From contig NC_087437.1 in assembly GCF_036321535.1 (NCBI RefSeq), forward strand, positions 10,232,001-10,296,000: a DNA stretch of 64,000 nucleotides. Reading direction: 5' to 3'. The position numbers and the translations under genes were made by a program. How positions within the stretch are numbered: position 1 is the stretch's first letter; each line of letters begins with the position of its first letter. The notes beneath the pieces were generated by a model that did not search any database, was not told where the DNA came from, and saw only the letters and a program-made list of their open reading frames with translations. Below, in pieces: positions 38,786-50,749 of this stretch. The DNA is from Camelus dromedarius. Its lineage: Eukaryota.

Positions 38786-39959
38786 GAACACTTCGCTTCA
38801 ATTCATTTATAATATCTTGTTGCAATTAAAATCACTGAGAGACTCTACTGCACTATTCAGGACTAATCACAGCAGAAGGAAAATCACAAATACTTTCTGT
38901 GTTTGCCATCTGATCACTTCTCTTTTCTAGGCGTTTACTAATGGACTCAGAATGTTACAAGCAAAGTGATGTCACATGGTAACCTGGCCCGGACAGCATG
39001 ATTTTTAGTTGTTTTGTCAAGGGAAAAAAAAAAATATATATGCTTATCTCAATTCTGTGAGTTTATCTTAAATCTATGAATGAACTTGAGTCATTCTATG
39101 ACCACAGCAACAGATAATAAAAGAACTTGATCAAGATAATAAAACATGTTTGTCTTCACAATGGAGATAGGAAGTGAGGAATCAGTATTTCTTACCCAGA
39201 TACTCTTAAAGCACAAAAACTAAGCAGGTTATTTTTAAACCTTCTCTGCTGAGCTAACCACATCATAGTAAAAGGTGCTCTCAGTTAAAATACATGTTGT
39301 GAAATAAGATGTGAAAATTTCCTAATTGGCCCCTCGATCTCCCACGCCGGTTCCTCCGTGCCCTCAGAGGCCTCACTTGTCCTTTGGAAGATTAGGATTG
39401 CTTAGCAGGGGTGCAAAAAGAAAGAAAGACTAATACTCGGGTCTTTAGTTTCTCAAGCAATTTTAAAATCTGTAACAGAGACAGCCGTCTCAAGAACAAA
39501 GCATTTTCTTTTCAAAGGCCAGGCTTCCTGAGAGAACCGTTTGAGAATCTAAACTGCTAAGAACTGAAGTCAGCAGGGCCTAGAGGTCGTGCCACAAACA
39601 AGAGATGGGAATTACTTGAGTTGCAAGAGGAAAGAGAATGGAGGAGAGCGGTGTGGCCTTGGGGGAAGAGGAGAATCCACTTTAAAGGAGTGCCAGCCTC
39701 TGCCTGCATAGACACTTCCTCTTCAACGCTGATGGAAGTACACTGCCCTGTAAGTGAGCCCTGTAAGTGTCCTTGTTTGTGCCTAGAACGGCTCGATGTG
39801 CACTGTCCTTTGACCATGGCCTACAGGCTCTTTGTTGATCATCTTTGATGCCCACTGAAACCCTGAGAATTTGCTCAGCACAATTCAAACAAACAAGGTA
39901 GGGAGGACAGACTGGAACTACTTGAAACCCCTACTCTCCTCCATCCACAAAGCTCCCTT

Positions 39960-40590
39960 GAGGGTGAAAATCCTACCTCCAAGTGTCACGAGACACCTGA
40001 GGTTCAGAGGGAGGGTCATGTACACAAGGACACCCTGCTAGCAAGTGACGATGCTAGGACTTGCCAACTAAAGTAGGTCACTCACCACCCAGCTCTTCCA
40101 AGGACTGAGTCATGAGCCACTGCAGTCACTGACCTTTGACACACCCTGAAAGGAGCTCAGGGTGGAGGTCAGGAATGAGGCATTCTGTGCTCTGGGGAAA
40201 CTGGCAGAACAGGCCTTCAGATAGTGATTTTCAGGAGAGATTGTTTATGAATCTGGACACTTGCATCTTCCCATACTTAGAAAACATTAAAACCATTAAC
40301 TAAGATATCTGTTCCCTGTGACTAGCAGCAACCTTCTACTGACGTGTGTGCTTGGTTGCATGTACCCTTTTCTGCCCAAATCATATATATGCTGATCTAA
40401 CCTCTTTGGAAGAGTTTCTAAGAGCTCTCTGAGAGGCTGTCTCCCAGGCTATGGTTCTCAGTACGACTCTAAAACACTCAACTCACAGCTTTTATGTTGT
40501 GTGTGAGATTTTTTTTTAAGTCAACATATTTAAGCCCAAGTTGGCCTTGCTCCAAAGTTACTGCTCTTAAATACGGCAGTATACTGCCTC
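39960..40590 (-). mobile_element. MIR split by an LTR
   Basis: ctgaggttcagagg...gctaggac | tatttaagcccaag...ctccaaag. Confidence 0.55.
40062..40526 (+). mobile_element. ERV1-class solo LTR (family A')
   Basis: Shares tgaggcattctgtgct, catcttcc.atac.tagaaaa and ttaagtcaaca with 25513-25972. Confidence 0.75.
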
Positions 40591-40719
40591 CCAAAATTCA
40601 TTTTTTATCTAAATTTCTACAATGCTATTTGATCAAAGTCCTTCTACATATAATACGCATAAAAGGATGAAGTAATTTCATCTGTATTATCAATGACGTA
40701 CAAACATCCTTATACACAT

Positions 40720-40875
40720 CCCTGGTATGCCAGAGTTTCTTCTCTATGTTAGCTCACTGAATCCTCACAATCCCCTGCAACATAAACAGTGTTGGAGATG
40801 AGAATTGGATGCTCAGAGAGGTTAATTAATTTAATCAAGATCACACAGCTATCTGGGAACTGAGCCTAGATCTGG
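40720..40875 (-). mobile_element. MIR SINE
   Basis: aatcctcacaatccc...gatgagaattggatgctcagagaggttaa...caagatcacacagcta. Confidence 0.75.
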
Positions 40876-41368
40876 CTAATGCCAAAGATATTATTCTTTC
40901 CCGCTAAAGCAAATCTACAAACAAACATATATAGAGAATTTATAAAAACAAATCGCATTGTATGTTTAAATTTGCCATTTATTTCATGTAAAATAAACTG
41001 TCTACTCAAATTCCTGTCCAGCATCCTCCAATTTCTTGGCCGACAGCTAAATATAAACTTAATTTTGTTCTGCTTACAATGCTGATCTTTCACAAATAAC
41101 TTGTCTTAATAGATTATGTTCTTGACCTTAAAGATTTATGTACACTAAATTCTTAGCACAGGGTTCAGATAAAGAAGTAGTGAGAAAAGAAATAAAGGGA
41201 GAAGGAAGTAAGTAAGGGAAGGGAAAAAATGTAAATGACTAGAATTGGGAATAAAATGATTGTAAATATCCATCTAGAATAGGTAGGCTTAAAAAATAAT
41301 AAGTAATATCTCAGGATTTCACAAATAAGTTTATAATATATCCTTCTAAGTAAAATCCTCTATACTAT

Positions 41369-42002
41369 TTTAGGGGAACAAAATTCGCCACCCCAAAGTG
41401 TCTCTTTGGCATGAGAAATATTTCGATCTGGAAACAACCAAGACACAAAAGACTCTGGAAGAACCTTTACGTCCCTCCTTAGTGCCTAAAGAATGTGGCT
41501 AGTAATTCCTAATGAGGAAAGGAAAACTTCAGTTTTCAAATGTCCCTATAAACATTTCAGTACCTCAGGGGATCTGTTCCAGGAAGGGAGCATCACCGTA
41601 GATCACTGTAGCGTGACCTAGGTGTGTAAACGGAGGAACCCAACAAAATTAAAATTCTGTTAAAATTCCTCTCTGTGTCCCATTGTCTCTTCATGGTCCC
41701 ACAAATACTTATTTACCAAACCTTTGCTTTTCCACCTCCATGGGAATTGCCTCCCCCCACCCCAATGAAGTCCCAGACCACCACCCCCAGCATCCTCTTT
41801 TGTTTTTAGCTGAAGATGGTGTATGAGGTGAGGGCTTCAGCCATTATGGTGAGTTACTCAGTCTTCCTGGGTCTCTCCCAGGAATATCTGTCATTAAACT
41901 TTTGTGTGATTTTCTCCCATTAATCTGTCTCATGTCAGTTTTAATTCTTAGACCAGCCAGAAGAATGTAGAAGGGTAGAAGAAAATCTCTTCCTCCCTGA
42001 CA
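41369..42002 (+). mobile_element. ERV1-class solo LTR (MER34/MER39-like, family B')
   Basis: aggggaacaaaattcgccaccccaaa...tctccc attaatctgtct...cctccctgaca; homologous to 26048-26513. Confidence 0.75.
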
Positions 42003-43069
42003 GTATTTTTTATGTTCCATGTCAGTTTTAGCTGCAACCAACCAGCATAATTGTGTTTCAAGACCAAATGCTCTGTCTAGGAACCAACCCACTAAAGGTG
42101 AAAAAGCCTTCAACAGCGCCTCCAAGTGGCCACACACCTCAAGCACTGCAAAATTTTCCAGTTAAGGTTCAGTGTTACTCAGTGGATCTTAAAAAAGTTA
42201 TTTTTTAAAAGAAATCCTCCTTGGCTTTATTTACAGTTCTTTGTTACACAGCAACTTATTTGTGAATTAGGAATTTTTCGTCTTTAATGACATAATATTT
42301 GTTGAAGATTCACTAGTTTCTAAGGTATTTTGCTTCTAGATCACAGCCGTAAAATATTTACTGGAGTAACTAATGGCAGGTGCATGACTTGGTTGGGCAG
42401 AAAAAACCTAAATTCCTCTCTAGGACAAAATGAAACACATTTCTTCCATCTGAATTCACTGAATCCACTTGAACAAAATCATGTAGTGATTACCAGTCCA
42501 GTGCAATTAACAGAAAGCATCAGTCACTCTGGCAAACCCTCTTAGCCAACTGCCTACCTGGTGCAGGTTTTAAATCTCCCCTTAGGACTGTTTGCCTTTT
42601 ATCTTTTGGATGAACTTGTCCGGGTCAGTACTAGGGAAAGTCGTAAGAGAAGACATTTCCTGCTTCCATGCCTCTATTTTCACTCTAGGTGACTTCATCC
42701 CAGCTACAGGACCACCCCTCCCTCCCCAGGCCAGTCAACGTCATTCTCATCCACACTGCTGCCTCCATTCTAATCCATGCAGGTCATGGATGTGTATGCA
42801 TACGAGTTTAAGTGTCTGTGCCCTCGGAGTAGTGGAATGTTTATAGGGACACCTGAAAACTGAAGTATTAATTAGGAATCTCAAAAATGCTTGGACTCAA
42901 GGATCATGGTATTTTTCAAGCCACCACAAAGTGGGAGGGACAGGAGCTGACATAAATCAACATACTGTATTTTTAGAAGAGGCCACCTTCATTGCCTCCT
43001 TTGAAGTAGAAAAGGGCTGAGCAACTCTAACATTGAATGTGAATAAAACGCAGCTTCCCCAAATCGCCT

Positions 43070-43327
43070 TTCATTCGTTCAGTTCCTCCCAAGATGCCGC
43101 TCTCCACCCAGGCTCCATGCTAGGTGCTAGACAGACCACACCACGCTTTTCCCCAGGGGTCAATAATGGTGGGGCAGCCACATAAGCAAGCAATTATCCT
43201 GTACTGTGGTAAGTATTTAAAAATCAAAGTTACCTAACTCAGACTATGGAACTAGGCTGAGCAGAGGAAGAAAATGAGGATGGGAGGCTTCAGGGAAATC
43301 TTTCCAAAAGAAAAGACATCTGAGCTT
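43070..43327 (-). mobile_element. L2 3' fragment
   Basis: ttcattcgttc...ccaggctccatgctaggtgct...gggaggcttcagggaaatctttcc. Confidence 0.6.
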
Positions 43328-43903
43328 TTTAAATTTTATTTTATTTTTATTTTTATCTTTATTTATCAGTTGAAGTATCATCAGTTTACAATGTTGCATC
43401 AATTTCTGGTGCACAGCATGATGTTTCAGTCATCCATACACATACATATATTCCTTTTCATATCCTTCTTCATTATAGGTTACTGTAAAAAAGTGGGTAT
43501 AGTTCCCTGTGCTACACAGTAGGACCTTGTTGTCTATCAGTTTTATACATAGTAGTTAGTATCTGCAAAGCTTGAAATCCCAATTCGTCCCTTCCCACCC
43601 TCTTCCCTCTCTGGTAACCATAAGTTTGTTTTTTATGTCTGTGAGTCTGTTTCTGTTTTCTAAATAAGTTCATTTGTGTCTTTTTTTTAAGATTCCACAT
43701 TTGAGTGATATCATATGGTATTTGTCTTTCTCTTTCTTGCTTATTTCACTTAGAATGATGATCTCCAGGTCCATCCATGTTGCTGTAAATGGCATTATTT
43801 AATTCTTTTTTTATGACTGAGTAGTATTCCATTGTATATATATATATATATACCACAACTTATTAAATTCAGTCATCTATCGATGGACATTTATGTTTCC
43901 AGA
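43328..43903 (-). mobile_element. L1 3' end inserted in L2
   Basis: 12-bp TSD acatctgagctt at 43316-43327 and 43904-43915. Confidence 0.92.
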
Positions 43904-45178
43904 ACATCTGAGCTTAATGTCAGTACAGAGTGACTGAGAGACAGTGAAGGCACAAGGGGTGGGAGGAGGAAGGGTGGGAAAGTGGAAGGATGGAGGGAGG
44001 CAAAGCAGATTTTTTGTTTCTGAACTTCCATTCCAGGGAACTCTGGAAGCAGAAGAGGAGACAGGGGTCATGTAGCATCTCTCCTGATTTATTCCAGAGC
44101 CTCAGCTGCTGTTAACCATGACCACAGCCCCAGAGGATGAACCCAAGGTTCCACATGCCCACCTTCCTCTTACTGCCCCTCACCACCCTGCTATGTCTGG
44201 GAGTCAAGCTGGTGTCCCCAACCTGGTCTGTCAACCTAGCTGACTACCACTCAGATCCAGAAGATTCCAATGTGGGACTAAGGTACCTCCAGAATTTTTC
44301 TCCTCACAGAATTTGCCTTCAGAGGAACAGTGTATTCTGGGTTACAAAATGCCAAACTCCAAGCCAGTTCTGACCACATATTTTGGGGAACACAAATCCA
44401 CATCACCTTTGTTTTGTTTTGTTTTATTTTGTTTGTCCACTAAAATCATAATTCAGAGCCTTCTTCCAGACGTCACCGAATTCAGTTCCTATTTCAGGAT
44501 GGTGGACGTATCTAAACCCTGAATACAATGGGCCCAAGTTGAAAGTCTTTTCCAAACCGGGAAGTTGTCTTGCCTGGTAGATTTGGTGACTTTGAAATCG
44601 TCTTAGTTTTGTTTGGCCCTGCTTTTGCAAACAATGGACCAGAAAATAGTTCTCTCTGGGTGAATCAGATGGCCACGTTCTTGTCAGCATCATGGAGGCT
44701 GCTGATGGATGGAGACCCAGAATAGTGCTTAACACTGATGCCATCAGTGCTGTGTCCCAACAGCCCATTATATGGGCTCACCTGCGACTACTCCCATCAC
44801 CCCTGCTGCTCTCTTCAAGTTCAAGAAAGGACTGGCTCTGTTATAAATGGTGGTCACAAAACTCATCTTTTATTACTCTGTTCTTACATCTTTTTAGTGA
44901 AAGAATGTTGGAAAACAGTAAGTGTTTGGGGTTTTATGAAAGTGGATATATCAGATTTTAATGTTAACCAACATTGGAAATGTGCTTCATTAAAATAACT
45001 GCTAGGTATCAGTGTCTCAGTCTTCTAGCCCAATAGTCTGGATGGCAACATTTTACTGTTTAATTAAGGTTCATTTGACCACCAGGGATTGGCTGATATG
45101 TGCCCAGTGCTTCACTCCACCATCACTGGACAAGGTCATTCACGAAAGAAAATGATACATTAACATTTAATCACTTAC

Positions 45179-45486
45179 CCCAAAGCACTGCGCACACACC
45201 CCAGTTTTATGACAGCGAGTTCTCAGATTAACTAAGAAACTGGAAGACATAGACCACCCAGAAAGGCCTGGAGATGTTTTTTCCAATACCGTATATATTA
45301 AGAGCCAACCAAAAGTGATGTTAAAATACGATTTTACCACAACAATTTTTAAATAAGGTGACTTCTGACTATCCAAAGGATGAAAAAGTAGTTAATCATT
45401 TGAGGTTAGGAGGGGACAATGTCATTTTGGCAAAACGTTGAGTCCTCTAGTTAAGCAACTCCAGACGGAAACCTGGATAAAATTAC
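45179..45486 (-). other. Candidate 308-nt non-coding exon, or AG|GT recursive site at its start
   Basis: aacttcttgcag|GTAATT at 45487/45486; donor GGG|GTAAGT at 45179/45178. Confidence 0.25.
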
Positions 45487-45613
45487 CTGCAAGAAGTTAA
45501 CTCAAGTGGTGTCATGCTATAAACAACACGTTTCTACTAGGACTGTATTCAAAAGGGATTTTACAGCACCAATCTGCATTCACGTCCATAAAAGTCAAAG
45601 ACTTCAGGCATAC

Positions 45614-45696
45614 CTGATTTGATTTTTCCACTAATGAAATTTTTGTGATTTCGTGAAACAAATATAAGAGAATTACACTGAAGTTTAATACGATGC
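45614..45696 (-). other. Candidate 83-nt exon
   Basis: ttgcttccccgcag| ... aatcag|gtatgc; unique, repeat-free sequence. Confidence 0.35.
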
Positions 45697-46119
45697 CTGC
45701 GGGGAAGCAACATGGGAAATTCAGCATGTGAATCGTAAGACCTCCTTTACCACAAAATGCTCAGTATCGAGTTTACGTAAGCTCATGCAACCCATCTTGG
45801 ATTGGGGATGATGACTTTTTTTCATCTACCAGGTATGCACACTGACCTGAAAAAGCCCTGTAATTTCATACCTGCTTAAGTTGTTAGAAATCTTAATCAT
45901 TTCTTTCACCCTTCAGTGAGAGGAAGAAGCTGAGATCCAGAGAGGCTGGTCCAAGTCTCCTTCATTTGTTTTCTCCCCTTTCACCCCTCTCGCCCTCCTC
46001 CTCCCCTGCACCCTCTTCCTCTCACTCCCCTACCCCCTTTTCCTCTTCCTCTTCTTCCTCCCCTTCACTCCTCAATTCACAACCAAATCTGTCTCCCCAT
46101 CTCCACCCCTATTTCAGGA

Positions 46120-46520
46120 ACTCTCCTCCCAGTGACACAATTGATTACCTTCTCCTGGAGAGTCCCTTCCGGTCACTCAGCACAACAGTCCCCTGATTTG
46201 CACCCTGTCCCTGGTGACTCTGCCTTCGAAGCCTTTTTTCTTCTCCCTCCGTCTTCGATGTTAACGATCAGGGCTCCATCTCAGATGCTCTCTCTTCTCC
46301 ATCTACATCCTCTCCACCAGGCAAATTTAACTCTTCCTGGAACTGATAGTCCGCAGATCTCCATCTTGACCCCAGACCTCTCTCAGAGCATCAGACCCCT
46401 GTCCCCAAGTGTCTGTTTGAACCTCTGCTTACGTATCCCACAGATTTCTCAAATTTGGCTCATCCCACCATGATGGGCTTCTTCCCCTCATCTCAAATCC
46501 ACTCTTCCTCCCAGGTTTCT
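46120..46520 (+). mobile_element. L2 fragment
   Basis: cagggctccatctc...ctcttctccatctacatcctctcc...cagatctccatcttgaccccagacctctc. Confidence 0.65.
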
Positions 46521-46524
46521 TAGA

Positions 46525-46657
46525 GCCTATAATGAAAAAGAATATATATATAACTGAACCACTATGCTGTGCACCATAAATTAACACAACATTGTAAATT
46601 GACTATAGTTCAACAAAAAAATTAAAAATTAAATTAAATTAATTAAAATAAAAAAAG
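46525..46657 (+). mobile_element. Short L1 3' end
   Basis: cctataatgaaaaagaatat...aactgaaccactatgctgt...aacattgtaaattgactat followed by A-rich tail. Confidence 0.85.
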
Positions 46658-47839
46658 AATCACTGAGATGCACATTTGCAATAAATACTTGAAAATGTGC
46701 TCAAACTGTCCTTCAGGGTGTCAGTTCTCTGCAATTAGGAAACCTTCCACAAGAACTCCAGAATTCATACTCTGGAGATAAGGAAGACTTTCAGAATCTT
46801 CAGAAAATATCGGCATACCAGTCTGACCAGACCCAGCTGGCAGGGGTAACAATCCACAGCCAATCCCTCACTCATCTGGAAAAACAGGAAATGCCAGGAT
46901 GTAACTCTATGAAACAAACAAAATCTTTAAAAAGAATATAAATGAAGATGGTTACTATCCTGACTTCTGATGACAGAACAAATAGGCGATTTTTCCATTT
47001 TTTAAGAAAATGTAGATATTTAAAGAATGTCGGTTTTAAGGAACATTGTATGTATTTCTCGGATTTTTTGATATGTTACTTTTATAGTAAATAGTACGTC
47101 TTTGGATTCACTTATTTGCAATCAAATCTTTGCTCTGCCCCTTACTGGTTGGATAATAGTGGTACTAAACACTGGGTCACTGCTTAATCATTTTTGTTCT
47201 GAATTGTATCAGGCTGGTCAGATGTAGAGAAAATTATTTCATATGTGTGTAAAGCTTCTAACACAGACAAATAACTCAAAAATTGCTCTATTTTCCTTAA
47301 TACACCAATTATCAGTTAAGTGGCCAATTGCCCTGGAGAAGAAGCTATTACCCTTCCATCTTAAAAGGAAACAAGAATGTCGGTCCACAGTTGCAGATTC
47401 CAAAGCCTCTTCATCACTCCTCCTGATACTGTAATAACGCGTATCTGCGGTGCTAGCTTCCGGCTGCGTTAAGCCCACAGGCTGCGGTACACATCCATTT
47501 CCTTTTTCTATCATACAAGACAGAGAATGGGGCACATGCTGTATCACAGACTGTCTTCTAATACGAAGAGACAGCAGGGCGCTGGGGCAGCCACCCAGCA
47601 AATCAGAGACCTGTACAAGGCACCTGTAGAGAAAGGCTTGCTCTTTTGCCTTATTCATGATCTCCACTGGGGAGCTCTCTCGTTGCTTCCTTGGGGTTAC
47701 ATAAAAGTAGAGTTTCAGACACGTTGTGCTGAACATCCCTATGATATTGGGGTTTATCCGCTCAATACCGATTTCCTAAGAACTGTCTTTCTCCTCCATC
47801 AGTATAATAAAATCCAGAGCCCCCATCTTAATAGAAGTT

Positions 47840-48185
47840 CACTGCAGCAACCTGGTGCCAGAAGTAGCTGCCAAGGTCAGCTGAGCCATGGGTCCCTTCC
47901 CCAGAACTTGGGACAAGAAAACACTGGAGAATAGTCTCTCTTCACCTGTTCTGATAGCTCATATTTCCCATTGTGTGAGATGACTTGTGTGGCATGAGAA
48001 GCAGAGGTGGGACATGGCAGGACTCCATCCCTGGTTCCAGCTGCCTCAGCCCCTCTGCACCCTTGCCCTTCCCAAGGCTTGCTGTTCAGTTCTTCTCTGA
48101 TCCCAGGAGAACCCCCTTTATCTTTCCTTTGTTTTTGCTAACCTGAGTCCATTTCTGTTATGTCTATCCTAAAGAACCTAAGCAC
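47840..48185 (+). mobile_element. MaLR MLT1-like LTR 3' part
   Basis: ccctggttccagctg...tttttgctaacctgagtccatttctgtta...aaagaacctaa. Confidence 0.5.
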
Positions 48186-48385
48186 TTAATAGTGAATATT
48201 TAATAATTGAGCTTACTGTCTTAGGTATCTAAGTGAAAAATACACCACATCAAAATCAATGGTCTGATCAGATTTTTAATCTCCTTCTAAAAGTATTTCT
48301 AACCATCCAACCAAGCGTATTAGCCCTACCTGTTCTTATTTACATAGTGTGAACACAGTATGTGTACTACATACAATTCCATATG

Positions 48386-48870
48386 CAGACAGTTCCTGAC
48401 TTGCAATGGTTCAGCTTGAGATATTTTTTTACATTTCAATGATGCAAAAGTAGGAAGCATTCAGTGGAAACTATACTTTGAATTCTGAATTTTGATTTTT
48501 TTTCTCCTGAGCCAGTGATATGTGTCTTGATACTCTCTGGTGATTCTGGGCAGTGGCCACGGATCCTAGTCGTATGCAATCACAAGGGTGAATAACCAGT
48601 ACACTTACAACCTTTCTGATTTTCACTTTCAGTACAATATTCAGTAAATCACGAACGATGGTCAACACTTTATTACAAAACAGGCTTTGTGTTAGATGAC
48701 TTTGCCCAACTGTAGGCTAATGTGTGTGTTCTGAGCACGCTTAAGTTAGGCTAGGCTAAGCTGCAATGTTCAGTAGGTTGGATACAGCAAATGCATTTTT
48801 TACTTAGGACATTTTCAACTTAGGGTGAATTTATTGGAATGTAACCCCATCATAAGTCAAGGGAGATCTG
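48386..48870. mobile_element. TcMar-Tigger (MER47/Tigger5-like)
   Basis: TIR-like cagacagttcctgacttgcaatgg ... ccatcataagtcaagggagatctg|TA; tttgcccaactgtaggctaatgt...aggctaggctaagct. Confidence 0.85.
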
Positions 48871-48893
48871 TATCGTTAACAACCTAATCTCTG

Positions 48894-48983
48894 ACCCCAC
48901 TAACATCAATGGACAGATCTTCCAGATGGGAAATCAATGAGGCAACAGAGATCCTAAATGCCACAGTGGAACAGTTAGACTTA
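48894..48983 (+). mobile_element. Isolated 90-bp L1 endonuclease fragment
   Basis: Translates TPLTSMDRSSRWEINEATEILNATVEQLDL (L1 ORF2 endonuclease C-terminal part). Confidence 0.8.
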
Positions 48984-48984
48984 A

Positions 48985-49640
48985 GATCCTGAACTCTGAA
49001 GCCAGACATCCTAGCTCTGAATCACAGCTCTGCTCAGTGGATCCTGTGTGACAAGGCACCCAGATCCTTCTTCAGAACTAAGAATTGATACCCCCAGCTA
49101 CAGACAGTGGTGTCAACAGTCAGCTGTCTAGGAACTGTCTTCTACCGAAGACATCCAAGGTCACAACACTGTCCCGGGGACAAATTTGCTTAATATAAAG
49201 GCCTGTCCTCCTGATCCCAATTCTGGAAAACTATGCAGAGCCATCCTTGCTCCAGAGCTTTCCTTTGGGGTTGACTGTAGCCTTTGCTGAGATTGAATGA
49301 CACCCCAACTTCTCCTTCTGCCCAACCCTGCCTGCTTCCTCCTCTGCCCCAGGTGTTGATTCTGGGAGCACTGCCTAACACTTCCTGCATGCACACCCCG
49401 ATGCCAGAACCCACTTCCTGGGGCACCCAGCCTGCAACAACTCGCTGTGAAATTGTGCAAGTCACTCAGCTTCTCTGCACCTCAGTTGCCCTATCTATAA
49501 AATTAGGATAATATTATGACCCACTTCACTGTCATATCATGAGGATTAAATGAATTAATGTGTGTGTGTGTGTGTGTGTGTGTGTAGTGCTTAGAACAGA
49601 CCGGCATCCAGTATAGCGTAAGTGCTAGTTAAGTTGCAGC
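48985..49640 (+). mobile_element. MIR split by an LTR16-like element; contains (TG)n at ~49559-49585
   Basis: aactctgaagccagacatcct...gctctgc | gctgtgaaattgtgcaagtcactcagcttctctgcacctcagtt...ataaaattaggata. Confidence 0.75.
49046..49439 (+). mobile_element. ERVL LTR16A-like solo LTR
   Basis: tgtgac...aacttctccttctgcccaaccctgcctgcttcc...ggtgttgattctgggagcac...cctgcaaca. Confidence 0.75.
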
Positions 49641-50341
49641 TACTCTTATATTTATCACACAATTGCAAATTGACTTGTATTTCTTTTTTGTACAACTTTA
49701 ATCAGTTATTAAGATTAGACAAGTTCCCAAGTGACCCTACCTTTGAACACAAAGAAGTTCAGGCTTACCAGGTCCCTGAATCAAACATTTCCCTTCTGAC
49801 TTGGTTCATTAAGAGTCCAAGGATGCAAGCCCTAAGGGCTCCCAGAAGGAAATTCATCTACTGGCTGGCACTTGTGCCTGAGACAGGTGACGGGGGTGAA
49901 GCCTGGAGCCTGATTTTTGCCAATCTGTTGTTTTTGTAAGTGGTGCTTTGTACTTGTGCCCAGAGGTGCTGGTGATGAGTGCATTGCTATAAAAACTAGA
50001 CATAAAACATGTGAAATGGAGCCTAAATCATAAATACAAAAATTGTAACAGCAGGTTAGATTTTATGGCTCTAATTTGTCTTAAACTGTCATGTTGCATT
50101 GCTCTTGGCATCACTTTGAGTTATGCACGCAAATCAAAGGTAAATATGTGCCCCAGTAATTAAATTTAGCTCTGTGGTGAGGTCAATATTGATAAAGGAG
50201 TACTAATCATGATTCCTGAGGAAGGGATAAATTTTCTTTTTATTATTCTGTTGTGAAAGATAAGTAACATCTTTTACACTTGCATTCACCTAGAAAGTGA
50301 TTATTGGATATTTCAATGAAAGTTTCATATAAATCCAAGGC

Positions 50342-50479
50342 AAAAAAAAAAAAAAAAAAGAGAGGAAGAAAAAGCAAGAAAGCAAGAAAGCAAGAAGGCA
50401 AGAAAGCAAGCAAGAAAGCAAGAAAGCAAGAAAGAAAGCAAGAAAGCAAGAAAGCAAGAAAGCAAGAAAGCAAGAAAGC

Positions 50480-50543
<64 letters not shown>

Positions 50544-50546
50544 AAA
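50342..50546. repeat. Compound purine-rich repeat: A-run, (AAGCAAGA)n, (AAAG)n
   Basis: Direct read. Confidence 0.95.
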
Positions 50547-50749
50547 ACAGAAATGGAGATTCTGTTAGGAAAAAAAGGCAGAATCTGAAGCACCCAGATT
50601 TTGTCCTTCTTGCAAGGTAAAGGCATCACTGGCTGAGAGTCCTGATGTAACAGTGGAGTGAGACATGGAGGGAGAGCAGGTATCAAAGGAGGCTAGCTGA
50701 CTGCAGCTTTGGGAAGAAGGTCTCCTAGGCAGTAGCATTAAAGTCCGTT

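Noticed and set aside
39196..39400. Minus-strand exon candidate (TGG|GTAAGA donor)
   Set aside because: Weak AAG acceptor and no coding support; too uncertain to list as a feature
25513..40526. LTR A and A' as two ends of one provirus
   Set aside because: Too diverged, different flanks, and no gag/pol/env or primer-binding site recognised between them
47239..47934. 165-aa (-) and 135-aa (+) ORFs
   Set aside because: No recognisable homology; the 135-aa ORF runs into an MLT-like repeat
50243..50686. Hydrophobic and Lys/Arg-rich ORFs
   Set aside because: Translations of the AAAG/AAGCAAGA simple repeat
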